From Owenia fusiformis (taxonomy: Eukaryota), in assembly GCA_903813345.2 (NCBI GenBank), contig CAIIXF020000001.1:38874001-38938000 (forward strand): a stretch of 64,000 nucleotides of DNA. The letters run 5' to 3'. Both the position numbers and the translations under genes were made by a program. The notes beneath the pieces were generated by a model. The model was not told where the DNA came from and searched no databases. It was given only the letters and a program-made list of their open reading frames with translations. The first letter of the stretch is position 1, and each line of letters begins with the position of its first letter. Positions 1 to 12,726 of the stretch are shown in pieces.

Positions 1-779
1 TGGTAAGATATTTTTATTGATTTTGCCAAAAGTGTTATTTCATAAATCATTGTGTTTATTGAAAGGAAGTTGAAACACAATGACATTGGAGTGATGTTAT
101 TGATTATGTGTGGAGTCTTTATTTATATGTTCACATCACCTTTAAAGACAAATTAAAATAGTAATAGTTTGCGGTTAAAATGAAGTTATTTCTTGAACAT
201 GGGAATGTGCCCTGATCAAAATGATGAATCAAATTTTGAATTCAGTTTTCTTCCTGAATAATAGAAATGAAAATGAAACATGATGATTTATTCATGAAGT
301 AATCAACATATTTATTGAAATTGATGAGTACACACATGAAACTAATTATCCCAATGAATGGGGTTCAATTGGGATATAGTGCAGCCCTCCATCTATCAGT
401 CAGTCCATCCATTTGGAAAATAACTCAAAAACTGGTTGATGGATTTTCTTCATGATGGAAAGATGTACAAGATTGATCAATAGTTTTACAAAAAAAAATT
501 TTCAAGATGGCCAATGCAGCTATGAAAATGAAAGAAATTTTTCACAGTAATCTAAGTTTTAATTTCCAACCAAGTAATGACTAAGTACATGTATTGCTGT
601 TTGAAAGTTGCAATATTTTTTGATAAAATATCTTTTTCACATTTGTACAGTCTACATGTATATTACCTTTAAATCTAAGGTATTTTAAAGTAGATCACAT
701 ATATCATATCTTTCTGATTTAAATGGCTATCCAAACATTGAACATGTGGAAATTCTGAGATTTCATTGATTCTCCTATG

Positions 780-2708
780 TTATTATAGCTTTTTAAATGC
801 AAATTTAAGGTTTATAAAAATAGATTGAAAATAGTGTATTGTGACATTTTTCTCAATTCATGAATAATTTGTTCATTGGAATTTGCTTTTCTGTGGAGTT
901 GCCATTTAGTTTAGAATCAAAATGTGAAGTAATAATAAGAGGAATTAGTTTTAATATTTCAATTTCCTTTAGATACACAACATCAGAAAATACATACAGG
1001 GTGTTCCATATGTTTCAGGAATGATGCTGTATTTTATTGGTTTTCTTTTCAATCTAGCTGATTTTTTGATTCAATGTGTCCAAATATGTTGTGAATAAGT
1101 TGGAAAAGTTTCATATCATGAAACTCACTAGACTGAATAATATGGTTGCTATAGTAACCTAGGGGTAGGGTAGGTGGAGCAGGTGTAACAATGCGCATAA
1201 CATGACATTTTTGTAAAAAAAGTAGTTTTTGTATAAAGTGTTCAAAGTATTAATTTGTCATAGTCGCATCAAACTTGTTGGAAATTAAAAAGAATAAAGG
1301 TGGATTCCTGGAAATTAAAAATGTTATCACACCCTTTATTAGCCATCATCATTATTTCAGCATCTATCCCTTCCGCATTAGTTAGCACTCCCACTGTTCT
1401 CGGATGTCCACATTTTGGATAATCAGTCTCAGTTTCCCTTCCAGAATTGAACCTCTTGTACCACTCATACACTCTAGAGGTTACCATCATTGAGCCCCCA
1501 TGTGCATTCGTTAGGAGTTTAATTGTGTCTGCTGCAGAAAACTGTTATTCACACATGTCATGTCTTGTCACAGATTGTTGTTTGTTGCCTAAGTCGAAGG
1601 TTTTCCTAAGCTAATGACTTTTTCACTTTTCAAGATGGCCGCCTGTCCAAAATGATCTGTGTTTATTCTCCTTTGTGACTCATGACATGACAGGTGTTTA
1701 AATTTTGATGTGATCAAGGGTGATGACATTTTTTACTTTCTTGTTATTATTATTATAGCTTTTTAAATGCAAATTTAAGGTTTATAAAAATAGATTGAAA
1801 ATAGTGTATTGTGACATTTTTCTCAATTCATGAATAATTTGTTCATTGGAATTTGCTTTTCTGTGGAGTTGCCATTTAGTTTAGAATCAAAATGTGAAGT
1901 AATAATAAGAGGAATTAGTTTTAATATTTCAATTTCCTTTAGATACACAACATCAGAAAATACATACAGGGTGTTCCATATGTTTCAGGAATGATGCTGT
2001 ATTTTATTGGTTTTCTTTTCAATCTAGCTGATTTTTTGATTCAATGTGTCCAAATATGTTGTGAATAAGTTGGAAAAGTTTCATAAAACTCACTAGACTG
2101 AATAATATGGTTGCTATAGTAACCTAGGGGTAGGGTAGGTGGAGCAGGTGTAACAATGCGCATAACATGACATTTTTGTAAAAAAAGTAGTTTTTGTATA
2201 AAGTGTTCAAAGTATTAATTTGTCATAGTCGCATCAAACTTGTTGGAAATTAAAAAGAATAAAGGTGGATTCCTGGAAATTAAAAATGTTATCACACCCT
2301 TTATTAGCCATCATCATTATTTCAGCATCTATCCCTTCCGCATTAGTTAGCACTCCCACTGTTCTCGGATGTCCACATTTTGGATAATCAGTCTCAGTTT
2401 CCCTTCCAGAATTGAACCTCTTGTACCACTCATACACTCTAGAGGTTACCATCATTGAGCCCCCATGTGCATTCGTTAGGAGTTTAATTGTGTCTGCTGC
2501 AGAAAACTGTTATTCACACATGTCATGTCTTGTCACAGATTGTTGTTTGTTGCCTAAGTCGAAGGTTTTCCTAAGCTAATGACTTTTTCACTTTTCAAGA
2601 TGGCCGCCTGTCCAAAATGATCTGTGTTTATTCTCCTTTGTGACTCATGACATGACAGGTGTTTAAATTTTGATGTGATCAAGGGTGATGACATTTTTTA
2701 CTTTCTTG
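780..2708. repeat. Near-perfect tandem duplication, unit ~965-970 bp (780-1743 and 1750-2708)
   Basis: The two copies read as identical apart from a 5-bp indel (tcatatcatgaaac vs tcataaaac). The same 73-aa ORF occurs at 1269 and 2234 (offset 965). The junction carries an extra ttatta. Confidence 0.95.
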
Positions 2709-3023
2709 GAATCCACTTTCATTTCTGTTTAATTACTGACGAGTTTGATCCAACTCTGACAACCTAATACTTAGTCACACTTCGTACAAAAAAAACTATT
2801 TTCACAAATATTTCATATATTTTGTGCGTTGTTACACCTGCTCTACCTACCCTTCCCCTAGGTTACTATAGCAACCATATAATTAAGACTACTGAACTTC
2901 ACGATGTGAAACTTTCCCAACTTATTCAAAACATGTTTAGACACATTGTGTCAAAAATTCAGTTAGATTAAATAGAAAACCAATAAAACACAGCATCATT
3001 CCTGAAACATATGGAACACCCTG
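1967..3023 (-). mobile_element. Non-autonomous mariner-derived element with long TIRs; a second left end lies at 997
   Basis: TA|CAGGGTGTTCCATATGTTTCAGGAATGATGCTG...CAGCATCATTCCTGAAACATATGGAACACCCTG|TA, with ~200+ bp imperfect arms. The internal - strand remnant SRVYEWYKRFNSGRE..DYPKCGHP resembles the mariner N-terminal HTH/GRP region. Confidence 0.85.
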
Positions 3024-3047
3024 TACTTCACAGGTGATGATGGGGAC

Positions 3048-3200
3048 CAGGCCTGTAGCCAGGATTTGCCAAGGGGGTTCACTTTTTGAAAAATTCCAGG
3101 GGGGTTGACTTGTGACAATTTTGGTCCAAAAATGGCCAAAATCACTTAAAAAGTGCTCAGATTCACTCCACCCATCGAACCCTCCCCTGGCTACGGGCCT
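3048..3200. mobile_element. MITE, CAGGCC...GGCCT(G) family (copy 1 of 3)
   Basis: TIR caggcctgtagccagg / cctggctacgggcct; internal sequence shared with the copies at 30133 and 55622. No TSD retained on the right side. Confidence 0.7.
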
Positions 3201-3232
3201 TTTAAATTCAGAAAACATAAATATGATATGTA

Positions 3233-6200
3233 AACTAGATAACGGCAACTCCGCGGAGTAGCAAATCCCAACGAACAAAATATCAATTACTGAATTCCAA
3301 TCATTACTTTGGTTAAAATTGAAAAAATTAGATTTTAGAATTGCGAATTCCTGCAAAGCAGCCATATTGAATTTTCTGAGGTACAAATCTGAAAAATAAT
3401 ACCATAATTGTGATCTACTCCAAAATTCCTTCAATATGAGTATAATATAGCCATACTTTGAAGGGATCGAAAAATTATTGCGTAATCATACATTAGACGG
3501 CCATTTTGAATTTTACGAGGCTCGAATCAGAAAAAAGATACAATATTTGCAATCTACTCTTAATTGCCTTTCATTTGAGTATAATAAAGCTATACTTCAG
3601 AAAGATCTAAAAATTAGCGAAAATCTCTGTTTTCCTGACCCCCCATCAGGGGCCCTGGGGGTAGTTTAGTTGTGTTTATTAAACAGATTCATATACAATA
3701 ATACAAAAAAATATGCTGCCAAGCGCCAATGGCATTACTGGCTAGCATTTATTAATTTCATCTGTAGTGAAATATCATAAAATAAAAACATAGATGTGTG
3801 TGCTTAATTGCATAGTTTATCCTGGTGTTTGCCACATTCTACCCAAGACAGAAGCACTTTAAGTATCTTGATGCATTATAAAATTAATGAATTTTTTCTT
3901 TAAAATACTATCTTTTTCTAGTGACAGATCGTTTTCAAACACTAATGCCTTAATTCTATCCTCTTGTCTCCGGGGTAACAGGTTCTCAAGGTTATGCTGC
4001 TCAAGGGACTCAATAAACTCATGTCGTCTTGTAGAAAGGCGCTGACAGTTAAAGATGAAATGCTTAGGCGTTTCACTCTCACCACATATACAAAGGTTAT
4101 CAGAGATGCCAGTAAAATTATGCGCAAATTTTTGAGATTTGAAGTAAAGACCACATCTTATTCGGTTTAAAATGATTTCCTGTTTACGAGATAGGTTGAG
4201 TTTGGATGTGGTGTTAAAATTTTGAAAATCCTTTGTTTTCTTCCTTACCGTAGTTTTAAAAATTGATATTCTGGGTATTACCCTCTCCTCTTCACTTAGT
4301 TTGTTCCATTGGTTTATTAACCTCAACACAGGGGATTTCCTTAGCCGGGCACTCGCCTTGACTGGAATTTTGAAGGGTTGGTGAGATCTGAGATCTCTGA
4401 CTTGTTCATTTTTGTATTTGTCAAAAAGTTCAGTTATGTAATCAGGTGATAAGCCTCTACATATTTTATACATAATAACTAGATTTTTGTCATTTCTTCT
4501 CATTTCGAGAGTTTTCCATTTTAGGCAGTCCAGGGTTTTGAGGGTACACGAGCCATGCAGGGCTCCTGAACAAATTTTCGCAGCTTTGTAATGAAGTTTG
4601 TCAAGTTTAGCAAGGTTTTGAAGTGTGCTACCTCCATAGATGGAGCTGCAGTAGTCCATATGAGAAAGGATATAAGCTTTATAAATAGTTTCGAGATGTT
4701 TAGAGTTAATTTTATGGCTTAGTGCTTGTAAAGGGTTGAGTTGCTTTTGAACTTTACTTGCTAGTTCATTTATATGTATATCAAACTTTAGCCTGTTGTC
4801 GAAAGTGAAGCCTAGGTGTTTGTGGGATGTTTTATAGGGAATTTGTGTCCCTTCAAAGAAAAGGGGCATGGGGTCAAAATTATCTATGTGCTTTGGTTGA
4901 AAAATCATATGCGCACTTTTTGAGGCCTTGAATTTTAAGTGCCATTTAGCAGACCACTCTTCAAGAATGTTAAGGTCATGTTGGAGGTCAAAAGTTTGAT
5001 TTAAGGCTGTGTCAAAAGAAGCATATGCTGAGGTGTCGTCAGCGTAAATGAAACACTCAGAATTTAGATTTTGCGGAAGGTCATTTATATAAAGAAGGAA
5101 CAGCAGGGGTCCAAGAACAGACCCCTGAGGGACTCCTGTGTTGATATGGCCGATATTTGAAAATTTTGATTTTGCATCATCCACTGTAACACAGATTTTC
5201 CTTTGTGATAGATAAGATTTCAAAAGGGTCAAGGTCAGACCAGAGATTCCATACGCTTTAAGTTTGTGTAAGAGTAGTGCATGCGGAACAGAATCAAACG
5301 CAGAGGAAATATCTAAAAAACAGGAATTAACTCCTTTGCCCTTTTCAAATTCATTTAAAATAAAGTCAACTATAGCTGTTATTTGAAGTTCCGTGTTATG
5401 TCCAGGTAAAAACCCAGATTGCTTATGGTAAAGAAGCTTCTGGTCAAAAATATGCTCCATTAAATGGAAGTGTATAACTTTCTCTAAAATTTTGGATAGA
5501 CTTTGCAGTAGTGTCACTGGTCTGTAGTTTTCAATTGTTGTTCGGTCGCTTTTTTTGAAGATTGGAATTGTATTTCCTTCCTTCCAGACGGATGGAAATT
5601 TTCCAGTTTTGAAAATCAGATTAAATAGATCAGAAAGTTTGGATGACAGTGAGGGAGATGCTAATTTGATCATATTATTAGTGATATTATCAATACCAGG
5701 GGCTTTGTCCCTTTTTAGAGTACCTATAATTAGTGCAATATTTTCTGGAGAGGTTTCAAGATTACCGATCTGTATGTGGGTTCTGTTGTCAAATTCTGGG
5801 AGATTCTGGTTAAAATTTATATCAGAGTGGTATTTGGAGGAGAAAAACTTCAAAAAAAGATTAGCTTTTTCAAGGCTGGTTGACGCAATTGTATGTCCAA
5901 GTTTCAGTGTGGGGAAACCAGAGTAGAATTTTCTGTTCATAAGCTTTTGAATCAGTGTCCAGTATTTGCTACCACTGTTATTTTCAGTGGACAAGTTTTC
6001 GCAAATTTTTGAATTGTATTCATCTTTAGCTTCCCCTGGGGGTCAGGATGAAAAACACAGAATATATGTGGAATAGATAAATGTTGTGAATATACTACCA
6101 AAATTTCAAACAATAATATTAATTACTTTGGTTTAGAATGAAAAATTTATGATTTTTGCGAAAAAGTCCCGTCATTTTTAAAGCGGCGGCCATCTTGAAA

Positions 6201-6384
6201 AATTCTTTTTTTGCGTAAAACTATTCACCAATACACATCTTTCCGCTAAATATGAAGAAAATCCGTCTACTAGTATTTGAGTTATCTTCCGCACGGACAG
6301 ACGGACGGACTGACGGATGGACTGACTGACGGACGGACGGAGGGCTTCACTATATCCCTACCGAACTTCGTTCGTTGGGATAAA
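3233..6384 (-). mobile_element. Helentron/DINE-1-like non-autonomous element interrupted by a LINE
   Basis: Subterminal inverted repeat atcccaacgaac (3265-3276) / gttcgttgggat (6370-6381) with a 5' hairpin partner. A (GACG/GACT)n microsatellite lies at ~6292-6340 and a 3' palindrome actccgcggagt at 3248-3259. Boundaries are A/T-rich. Confidence 0.7.
3663..6033 (-). mobile_element. 5'-truncated CR1/L2-group non-LTR retrotransposon (ORF2 RT plus C-terminal Cys/His motif)
   Basis: Uninterrupted ORF 3859-5994 (open up to the truncation at 6033) with NYRPVTLL, FLDISSAFDSV, GVPQGSVLGPLLFLLYINDL, YADD and C-terminal CICGESETPKHFIFNC. AATAAA lies near the 3' end. 10-bp TSD CCCTGGGGGT at 3653-3662 and 6034-6043. 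Confidence 0.92.
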
Positions 6385-6694
6385 TATACCTTTTTAATAA
6401 CCTATATATTAAAAGTTGGGTAAGTTGAGGGCTAAGAGGGTCGATTTCCCTATTTAACTAGAGCATTCACAATGAATTATGGTTTACAATGCCATGTAAA
6501 ACAATCAAATTAGTTCACTGTGTCTGTTACTGTGTGAAACCAGGTGGTAATACTTTACACTCTAACTTTGTTATTCATAATTGCCTGTGTTTCATCTATT
6601 ATGGCTTTCAGTTCCAGGGTTCTAAGAGGTAGGCCCCCATCTCATCAACCCATTAGTTTTGACAAGGAACCAGCTGATAATTTCCTTTATATAT

Positions 6695-7066
6695 AGTTCT
6701 CAGATGTTCAAATCTGACTTTAGATTTGAAGTTTCATTGACCTTCTCAAGGTCAAAAAGGTCAAAAAAGTATTTTTCAACTTGCTTCAAATTGACTTTTT
6801 TCAAAATCATCTACAAGTTCTTAAAAGTTCATATCTGACTTTATATTTGAGATCTGACCTTCAATGACCTTCTCAAGGTAAAAAATAGGTCGAAGGGGTC
6901 TTTTTCAACTTGCTTCAAATTGACCAAATTTTCGTCTAAAATTATCTACAAGTTCTCAGAAATTCAAATCTGATTTTTAGATTTAAGACTTGACCTGTCA
7001 AATATGTATTTTTCATAATATTGTAAGCAACTAGGTGGTGACATTTTTTCATGTTAATGCCTTGTT
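6695..7066 (+). mobile_element. Helentron-like element fragment: ~110-bp degenerate tandem units plus 3' end ggtggtgacat..ttaatgccttgtt
   Basis: Repeated ttcaacttgcttcaaattgac / ttcaaatctgactttagatttga units, the same family as 18741-19240, followed by the shared 3' terminus. Confidence 0.65.
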
Positions 7067-7079
7067 TTTTCTATTTCAG

Positions 7080-10000
7080 TGACTTTCATATTGAATGTGG
7101 TCTCTTCCCAAAGCGGTATACTGGGTATTGCCAGTACTGAGACAATGGCCTTCAATACAAGTGTTCAACCCAGTGGAACAATTCAACAGAGTGTAACAGG
7201 TCAATCTAGTATAAAAGTTACACAACCGAGTGCAATTGTTCAATCAAGTGCATCAATGGAGCATTGGCCACAGAATGGAACAATAACCCATCAATCGAGT
7301 GCAGCTAAGATACAATCAAGTGCAACAGATACACAACTGAGTGCAACAATATTACAACAGAGTATAAAAACTCACACAAGTTCAATTATACAACCAAGTG
7401 CAACAATAAAGCAACTGATTGAATCAGATACCAGTGTAATATTAACAAGACCATTTGAAACAAATCTTATATCATCAACAATTGTTTATCAAAGTGCAAC
7501 ATTTATGGATTTAGATTCAAGTAGTGCAATTTCAAAATCAACTTGGTTCGAATATTTGGAAACTATGAGAGAACCATTTAGCATAATGCCAACTCACACA
7601 CAGTATTTGTCGAGCAGTGAATACAAATCCAAGGTGACAGAAATGGAAGTTATCTCTAAAAGTTCAACATTAATAACCCCTTTGTTGACCCATACAGCTG
7701 AAAGCATCTCAACTGGGACTATTTCTCCCATAACCACATCACCAATACATTCAACTTCAATCTTAGACTCACCCATTATGAAAAACAGTTCAATGTGGTG
7801 GCCAACCCAAAGTAAAGGACTTAGCTCAATCAGTGCTGCAGACATCACCACAGTGGTTCCTAACCCATGCCAGTCATCTCATAGCAATACGCCATCAAAT
7901 AGTACATCATCCCCGCAGGAAGTGAATTGCACCCTGGGTCCAACATCTTCACCTATACATTCATATCCCACCGAGCGCTGGTCGCTAGGAGCAATCATTG
8001 GTACAATCCTTGGAATTGCCTCCTTTATATTAATCATAGGTGAGTAAATCATATGTGAATCAATTTGTAGGATTTTTGCAGTAACTTATGAAATATCAAG
8101 AAGTCTGAATATACATCTTGCTGGCAAGAATTTTAAATGTCTGTTAGACTGAAACTTTTTTATTATTTATAATGTGAGCAAAGTACCCATCATACTATTT
8201 TCTATCAAACAAGCTTGTGATAAGAGTGTCCTAATATAATGTAAAGAAAAGTCAGGGAATCTTTATAATTCCTTCGAACGAAGTTCGGAGATATAAAGAA
8301 CATCTCCGTTTGTACATCCTTCCATCTGTCTAGGCAATAACTGAAATATCATTATTTTACATATACATATTTAATGAGTTTTTGCTGTTTTGGGAAATCT
8401 CAAAATACCGTTGAATGACAATACATGATCCAAAAACTATTGACTCATCTTTGCCCAATTAAAATCAAGCATTTCAAATGAAGTGTTTGTTAACAATACT
8501 TAAACTTTCTGTCCCTTCAGGTGGTATAGTGGCATACATGCTATACTGTAGACGCAGTAGACGTAAGATTGAAATGAACAAAGATACAACAACCAGCTAT
8601 GGGTTCAGTTACTTCTCTACCAACTGGGGCGATAGTGTCACTAGTCTGAATTACCTCAGTACCAACATACCATTGCCAAAGGTAAGATCTTCAATATAGT
8701 TTGCCTAGTGAAATTTCACCTGGGCAATTTTTAATTAAAAGAAAACCCAGTGAAATGACTGTTGTTGTATGAAACAGAGAGAAGATTCAAGTTACCATGT
8801 TTGTAATCCCATGGAACATCATTCTTTTATATGTTAATGCATTAAGACCAGAAGACAAGAGATTTTCTCAAAATGGCCATTATTTTGAAGAAAAAAATGA
8901 AGTTTCTGGTAACTTTAATACTAAATGATATGGTTTGTTCCAAGTTTCAGTTTGGTAATAGCACCGCTGTTCTAGAAGGATTTTCTAATATATTCCAGGG
9001 TTTTCACTCTAGAATTTCTCACATCAGGCTAATAGATGAAAACAACAGGCAAAATTAATGGAAATCATAAATTTTACATGGATAAGTTGAAAAGTCCCAA
9101 AAAACAACAGACGATTTTGTGAAAACAACCGGTGAAAATCGCCCTTTGCCTGCTGCTCATGAAACCCCAGGAGTTGCTGAATTAATTTTGGCCACTACTT
9201 TTTCAATTCTTCATTTTTTGTTTATACCTTTGATTTTTGATTGACCGTTCAAACTTATGAGTGATTTGATAAAATATGTCTTGTTCAGTGGGGTTAGCTC
9301 TTGGGAGTTCCTGTTTCTAGAAACCATTGTTTTGAGGTCCTTAATCCTTTATAAGCAATCATCTATACTTTTTAAAGATCTCGAGGATTTTGTTTCAACA
9401 AGCATTTTACGATTTTAAAGATACTCTATTGAGACTGCTCTGTGGCATTTTTTCTTTATTCCTTTTTGTTTTGAATTTTTAACACCATAACATTAACTAA
9501 CTACTCAATATGCAACTTTTCACCACGTAGAATTTTAAAATATTAAGTTTGAAAATTCCATTTTTATAATGGAGCTCAATGGGAAAAACTACATAATTTG
9601 AATTATTTTCAAACGTAGCGGCGCGATTTTGATAAAATTGACAGATATAATAAATATTGGTAAGACGAAATGTTTGATGAAAAATGAAGAAAATTCACCG
9701 TCCTGGTTACGCAAACTATAGAAAAATCTGAAATAATCATAAAAACCTGTAAAAATAGATTGAAGGGGGTGATATTCATTTCTAATGTGCCTTTCACTAC
9801 TACAGGGTAACCATAATTTTGGTACTGATTTGATTTTTCAATGAAAATCATTTCTATAGTGTATAGTCAGTTTAAATAACACAATTGCTATATTTCTTTA
9901 CTGAACAGTGCAATCATTTATTTATTTATCAACAGTAATGCAAACTACATATTATACAGTTAGTAAAATATTAAAATAATTCTATTAAAATTAAAGCATT

Positions 10001-12726
10001 GAGATGATACTTAAATAATTACATATTATATTGATAGGCATATTATATTATAGGATTTAAGCCAATGACTCAATGCATTGTAGATGATTAAATTTAACAT
10101 ATGTCCTGATTCTAGACTATGAACGAGGGTGGTAGTCCAAATTCAAAGCCTAGACTAGAAGACATAAGTGAATTGAAGCATCCACTATTCATTGAATCAT
10201 GTGCTTTAATTCAATTTCACACATTGCAAAATATTTTTTACAATTTCACTTAACAGAATGATATTTTTTCAAAGATATGTTGTACTTTTAGAATCATTTG
10301 CTTCAAAGAATTGAACTATGGCGGCCTTTACTCGTTATTTTACGATTTTTGCTGTAACTCGAAAAGTAGTCGAGCGATTTTGTTCATATTTGGTATATGA
10401 ATACTATAAGCATGGCACACTGTCTAATGACACTTTTGGTAGAAGGCAGCCATTTTGAAAAATGGCCGTCCTTTTAACGTATTTTACTATAACTCGAAAA
10501 GTAGTAGAGCGATTTTGTTCATATTTGATGCGTGAATACTATAAGCGTGGCACACTGTCTAATGACACTTTTGGTAGAAGGTGGCCATTTTGAAAAATGG
10601 CTGCCATTTTTGCTGTATACTTTGTTTGTAAAAAAAATGCCAGCCATGGCTGTTCGATGGGATTTGCTACACTTTGGTGTTGCTGTTGTCTAGTTGAAGG
10701 ATGGATGGACGGACAAATGGAGGGGTCTCTTAGCTTATCCCCTAATCTTCGTTGGATTGAACAATTGTGAATATGGTTTGTTGGACAAATAAAACTGATT
10801 GAATGTCTAAAAGCAAATAATGAAGTGGTAATTTATTTAAAATCATTAAAATCTCAAACATGCTTGCTTTGGTCTAGTCACTTAATTCCTAAATGTCCCG
10901 TAATTAGTATCTATATACCTTATTAGATGCAGTGAAGGAGTTAAATCATTGGGATATGAATAAATCATGCAAAACATATTTTGTACATATTTCTCATCAT
11001 TTAGGGTTACCCAGTAGTTTACAAGCTGACCTTTGCAAAATATATTTCACTTACTATCCTCATTCGCTATCACGCTATCTAGTTTCTTTCCAAATTGGCC
11101 TGAATTGCCTGGTTTATTGGTTTTAGCGAACCGTCTGTTTCGTCGAACCATCATTTTGCTAAGGTTGTTTGTGATGAATATACAATATTCAGTTACATAT
11201 AACTGTACAGCAACTTTATGCAAGGGAAGGTAATTGTGTGAGAGCACATAAAGTACACGAAGTATTGACCCACTTGTCTCAGTGAATCTTATAAACAGTG
11301 CATAAAGTTTTTTCTATGCAATGATTGGCTCACAGTTACTTATAGTGTAAGTCATTTTATTTCTATACAGTGTGGAATAGAGTGTATAAACTTTTACAGT
11401 TTCAAGCAGGTTTTAGTGTTTTCTGACCAATGATATATTCAGACTTATTCATTTCACGATTATGTAATACTGACCTACATATCTGTATAGCATATCTTTA
11501 AATCAGTGTTGATTTTGTGCTAAAAATAGAACGAACAGTTAAAAATGAATCAATAGTAATATTAGTTGTTGCATCATGGAGTTTTAAAAGAACCAGTTGC
11601 ATTTAGTAGGTCAGTTTGACCTGTAAATGTTTTTATATAGTTTTTTTTTTAAAAATTGAACATTGCAGATAAACTTCAATTCTGGTTAATTTATGAGAGA
11701 AAATCAAGATCACCACCAGCTTAAAATAACAGTTAAGTGCAGTTCAAGTTCAAGATTTAATTGACAGGTCTATTTTTGGAGTGAAATTGATGGCCTGTGT
11801 TAAAACTTCAAGGTCAAGCTGATCTGGTCACTTTCTAAGACAATTTTAAAAATACATTTGTCTGATATTGGTCTATTTCATACCTATAATTCTCAATTAA
11901 AACACATTAATAGAAAAGTTTACCTTCCAAATCATTTTTGGCTGTCTAATATAAGTTTGTTTAAGAGGTTTTAATCAGAAATATTGCAATCTTAAAGGTT
12001 TTTTTGTAGCATTTTCTGGGACCATTTTGTCAAAGAATTTCAGGCAATAACATGATCTTCCATGTTCTGGGGTTCATGATCCCTCCCAACAAAGTTTAAA
12101 TTTGGATTTCACTAGCAGACCTATGGGGTGGCACCTGGGGCGCCCCCCCCCCCCAAATTTCTTAATTTTTCAAATAATTCTTTTTCAAAAACATACACAG
12201 TCTTCTACATTTAAGGCATATGGACCTGGAATTATTCCTAGAATATTCACTACAAAAAAGTCCAATAAAATAAAAAACCTGTCTCAAAAAGAAGCCTTTC
12301 TTCATGGAGTGGGAAAATGCTAATTGTGTCAAATTGCGTCCATTTTCATAAAAGTTTTATCATTTATAAATCAATTACCAGTTATCAAATTTAGTTACGA
12401 ATAAAAAAATTAATTTTTGACAACATTTGTCAGCTTGGAGAATAAATATACATTGTTGGTTCATATTTTAAAGGCTGATGCCTCATAGGAATTTCTATAA
12501 TGGCATTGTGTTGCATAATGTGTGTAGATTTGTAATAAACGAGAGATTTGATACTGAGGGAGGAGTAAAACAAAAACGTGATGCAAAACTACAAGGTTGT
12601 TTTTGTTTCTAGGAGAATGAGGATGAGATGGTTTCAGTGGATGATGACGCCTTCTTGAACAGCTTAGACAGTTCAACATTCGCAAACTTCTGGAATGACC
12701 CCAACATGAAGAACACTAGGGTTTAA
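7080..12726 (+). CDS. 3' exons of a single-pass membrane protein: Ser/Thr-rich mucin-like stalk, TM helix, cytoplasmic tail ending in PDZ-binding motif -TRV
   Basis: Exons 7080-8039 (tttcag| ... |gtgagt, phase 1), 8521-8681 (cttcag| ... |gtaaga) and 12613-12726 (ttctag| ... TAA) splice in frame. TM LGAIIGTILGIASFILIIGGIVAYMLYC is followed by RRSRRK; the tail ends ENEDEMVSVDDDAFLNSLDSSTFANFWNDPNMKNTRV*. The 5' exons are probably outside the window; tg|gtaaga at positions 1-8 may be an upstream donor. Confidence 0.8.
10320..10695 (+). mobile_element. Helentron/DINE-like fragment: two ~135-bp tandem units plus 3' terminus
   Basis: taactcgaaaagtagt..gcgattttgttcatattt repeats at ~10355 and ~10490. 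The end gttcgatgggatttgctac...tctagtt matches the reverse complement of 3233-3276. Confidence 0.6.

Noticed and set aside
2937..3434. 165-aa ORF
   Set aside because: It runs across three adjacent transposon ends with no recognisable protein signal.
8263..10695. Helentron capture of exon 8521-8681 (5'-like end at ~8263, 3'-like end at ~10695)
   Set aside because: The ends are degenerate, other fragments lie nearby in both orientations, and the exon splices normally with its neighbours; independent fragments are the simpler explanation.
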